DNA of 64,000 bases from Selaginella moellendorffii (Eukaryota > Plantae > Lycopodiophyta). The stretch is from the NCBI RefSeq assembly GCF_000143415.4, contig NW_003314288.1, forward strand, positions 758,642-822,641, in the 5' to 3' direction. Below the pieces are notes generated by a model. That model did no database searches, was not told where the DNA came from, and saw nothing but the letters and a program-made list of their open reading frames with translations. Shown piece after piece: positions 62,401 through 64,000 of this stretch. Numbering within the stretch: position 1 is the first letter of the stretch; each line of letters starts with the position of its first letter. Position numbers and translations under genes: made by a program.

Positions 62401-63450
62401 TTGGATTCAATTCTTCCACCTCCAAATATTGTGTGATTGAGTTGTAAGTTAATTAATAGTAGAAAATAAAAAAAAAACAAACATTGAAAAAATAGTGTTT
62501 GATAATATCTTCTTTGCTTTTAGTTTTTTATTTTCAAAAGAAAATTAGTGGGGGAGTGCTGGTAAAGATATCTTTGCCGTTCATTGGTGGTTAATTAAAT
62601 GAGCATGTTTAGAGATGTTTATAAGAGTTTAGCTCTGGACCAAGAGTTACCCGAAAATTAAAGTTCAAAATTTACTTTTTCCCTATTTGCACAATAGCTT
62701 AAGCTAAAGTAATGTACTTACCCTTATTTTTTATGGGAAAATTATTAGTATTTTGGATTTGCACAAAAAAAAAAAGGGAGGATTCTTAAGTAATTTTCAA
62801 AAACCACGACCAAATCTAAAGTGTTGGGATCATTTTATTTTAAGGGAAGTTGTTAAAAATTATTCCAGAAATATTCGAGAAGATCCTTAGGTTAGGGTTT
62901 GGCGTGCCTGTGAAGAAGATCTGATCTCGCGGCACGGCCCGAGAATTAAAACATGGCAGCAGCCGCGGAGATTTATGAGGAGAGGAAGAAGCAGGTAATC
63001 CGATTTTAGGGTTGGAAGAGGAAACAGAGCTCTGGGAAATGGGGCCGATCAAGCTGGATCTGGGCCTGCTCGTGCTGTATCTTCACCAACAGGAGGAGGA
63101 AGCGGTGCCCATGGAGGGAGAGGTGGTTATGGAGTGGGAGGAGGGTGTGGGGTGGCTGGGGTTGGCTGCGGATCTCTCAGTCTGGCCCCGGGAGGATTAG
63201 GCCATGGTTCTGAGGCGGCTCGAGGAGGGGGTGCCCTGGGAGGAGGAGGCCATGGTTCTACTCTAGGAGGAGGATGCTGCAGTTCTTCTCTGGGAGGAGG
63301 AGGCCATGGATCATCGCCAGGAGGAGGCCAAGCCTCGGTGGGAGGAGCCGAAGCCACAGCGGGAGGAGTCCAAGCTGTGCCCGGAGGAGCCCAAGCCACG
63401 TCCAGAGGAGCCCAATGTTATAATCCAGCGCAAAAAAGACGGAGATCTAG
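62401..63450 (+). mobile_element. Inverted duplicate of ~31820-32650, including one end of the PIF/Harbinger element (TIR partly deleted at ~62637)
   Basis: Reverse complement of the spacer and GC-rich element start (atggcagcagccgcggagatttatgagg); transposase core absent. Confidence 0.85.
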
Positions 63451-63610
63451 TTGCCCTAAACTATGTTACATCACCTCTTAAAGTTACTGTGCACTATGAG
63501 CCCTAGAGTAGGTTAAGTCCCTTACCCTAACATGCTTTAATATACCTTTGAGCCTCCCTTTGACTGACGTTGACCACGTAGTTAAAACTGGTGCTTAACA
63601 CCCAAAGTCG

Positions 63611-64000
63611 ATCCAATTCGCAACATCAACAGGTACTTGATGTCTGGAGAGAGTGTTGGAACTGACTGGTTCCCTCTGGAGTGCAATATCTCCATCAGGC
63701 CCGGTTGGTTTTGGCACAGGAACGAGGCTCCAAAATCCCTGGAGCAGCTGCTCGACGTTTTCTACAAATCATCTGCCAGGAACTGCTTGCTCCTACTCAA
63801 CGTCCCTCCAAACTCGTCGGGACTGATCGACGAATCCGACTTCCAGACGCTGGAGTGGTTTAGCTCCGCCATAGATTCCATCTTCAGCATCAACTTAGCA
63901 GTGAATCCCTTGTCCATGACAGCAAGCAGCGTTCGCAGCTCTTTGTTTGGGCCGAAGCAAATCCTTGACAAGTGTATGGAAACTTTCTGGGCTCCAATGT
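63611..64000 (+). pseudogene. Second alpha-L-fucosidase fragment (last exon, runs off the window)
   Basis: Reverse complement of ~28820-29206; reads DWFPLECNISIRPGWFWH...LLLNVPPN; upstream exons absent. Confidence 0.85.

Overview
Repeat-rich nuclear DNA from a non-seed land plant, most likely a lycophyte such as Selaginella. This is an inference from 45-60 nt introns, a Tcn1-like chromovirus and a PLS-DYW protein with lengthened L motifs and a PGxSWW box. About half the window is Ty3/gypsy LTR retrotransposon: one nearly intact chromovirus at 5994-11529 and six degenerate elements or fragments. There is also a PIF/Harbinger element, a LINE 3' end and a probable CACTA remnant. Host-type sequences are an intact ~1009-aa PPR-DYW RNA-editing factor (58547-61576) with a truncated copy (16444-17697), an intron-containing tRNA-Met, and pseudogene fragments of alpha-L-fucosidase, SEC16 and an LRR receptor. 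Several of these belong to a rearranged segmental duplication. Two things stand out. (1) The first ~16 kb is an AT-rich multi-gene cassette not explained by the ORF track. It carries a spliced, NLS-bearing, now pseudogenised gene that fuses a ParB/Srx-like domain to a prokaryote-type beta-class DNA amino-methyltransferase (N6A/N4C). Its first intron holds long palindromes, and it sits beside a zinc-finger-like ORF and an intact 5-exon FCP1/NIF-phosphatase gene. This is a candidate mobile element carrying its own DNA-modification enzyme. (2) The PPR gene is built from near-identical 333-bp P-L-S units. Their P motifs show all four PPR-code combinations (NN, TN, ND, TD), generated by reassorting two 5' and two 3' sequence blocks, and the protein has an N-terminal OSB-type PDF ssDNA-binding motif. 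All calls are from reading the sequence by eye; no searches were run. Three 100-N gaps limit confidence in long-range structure.
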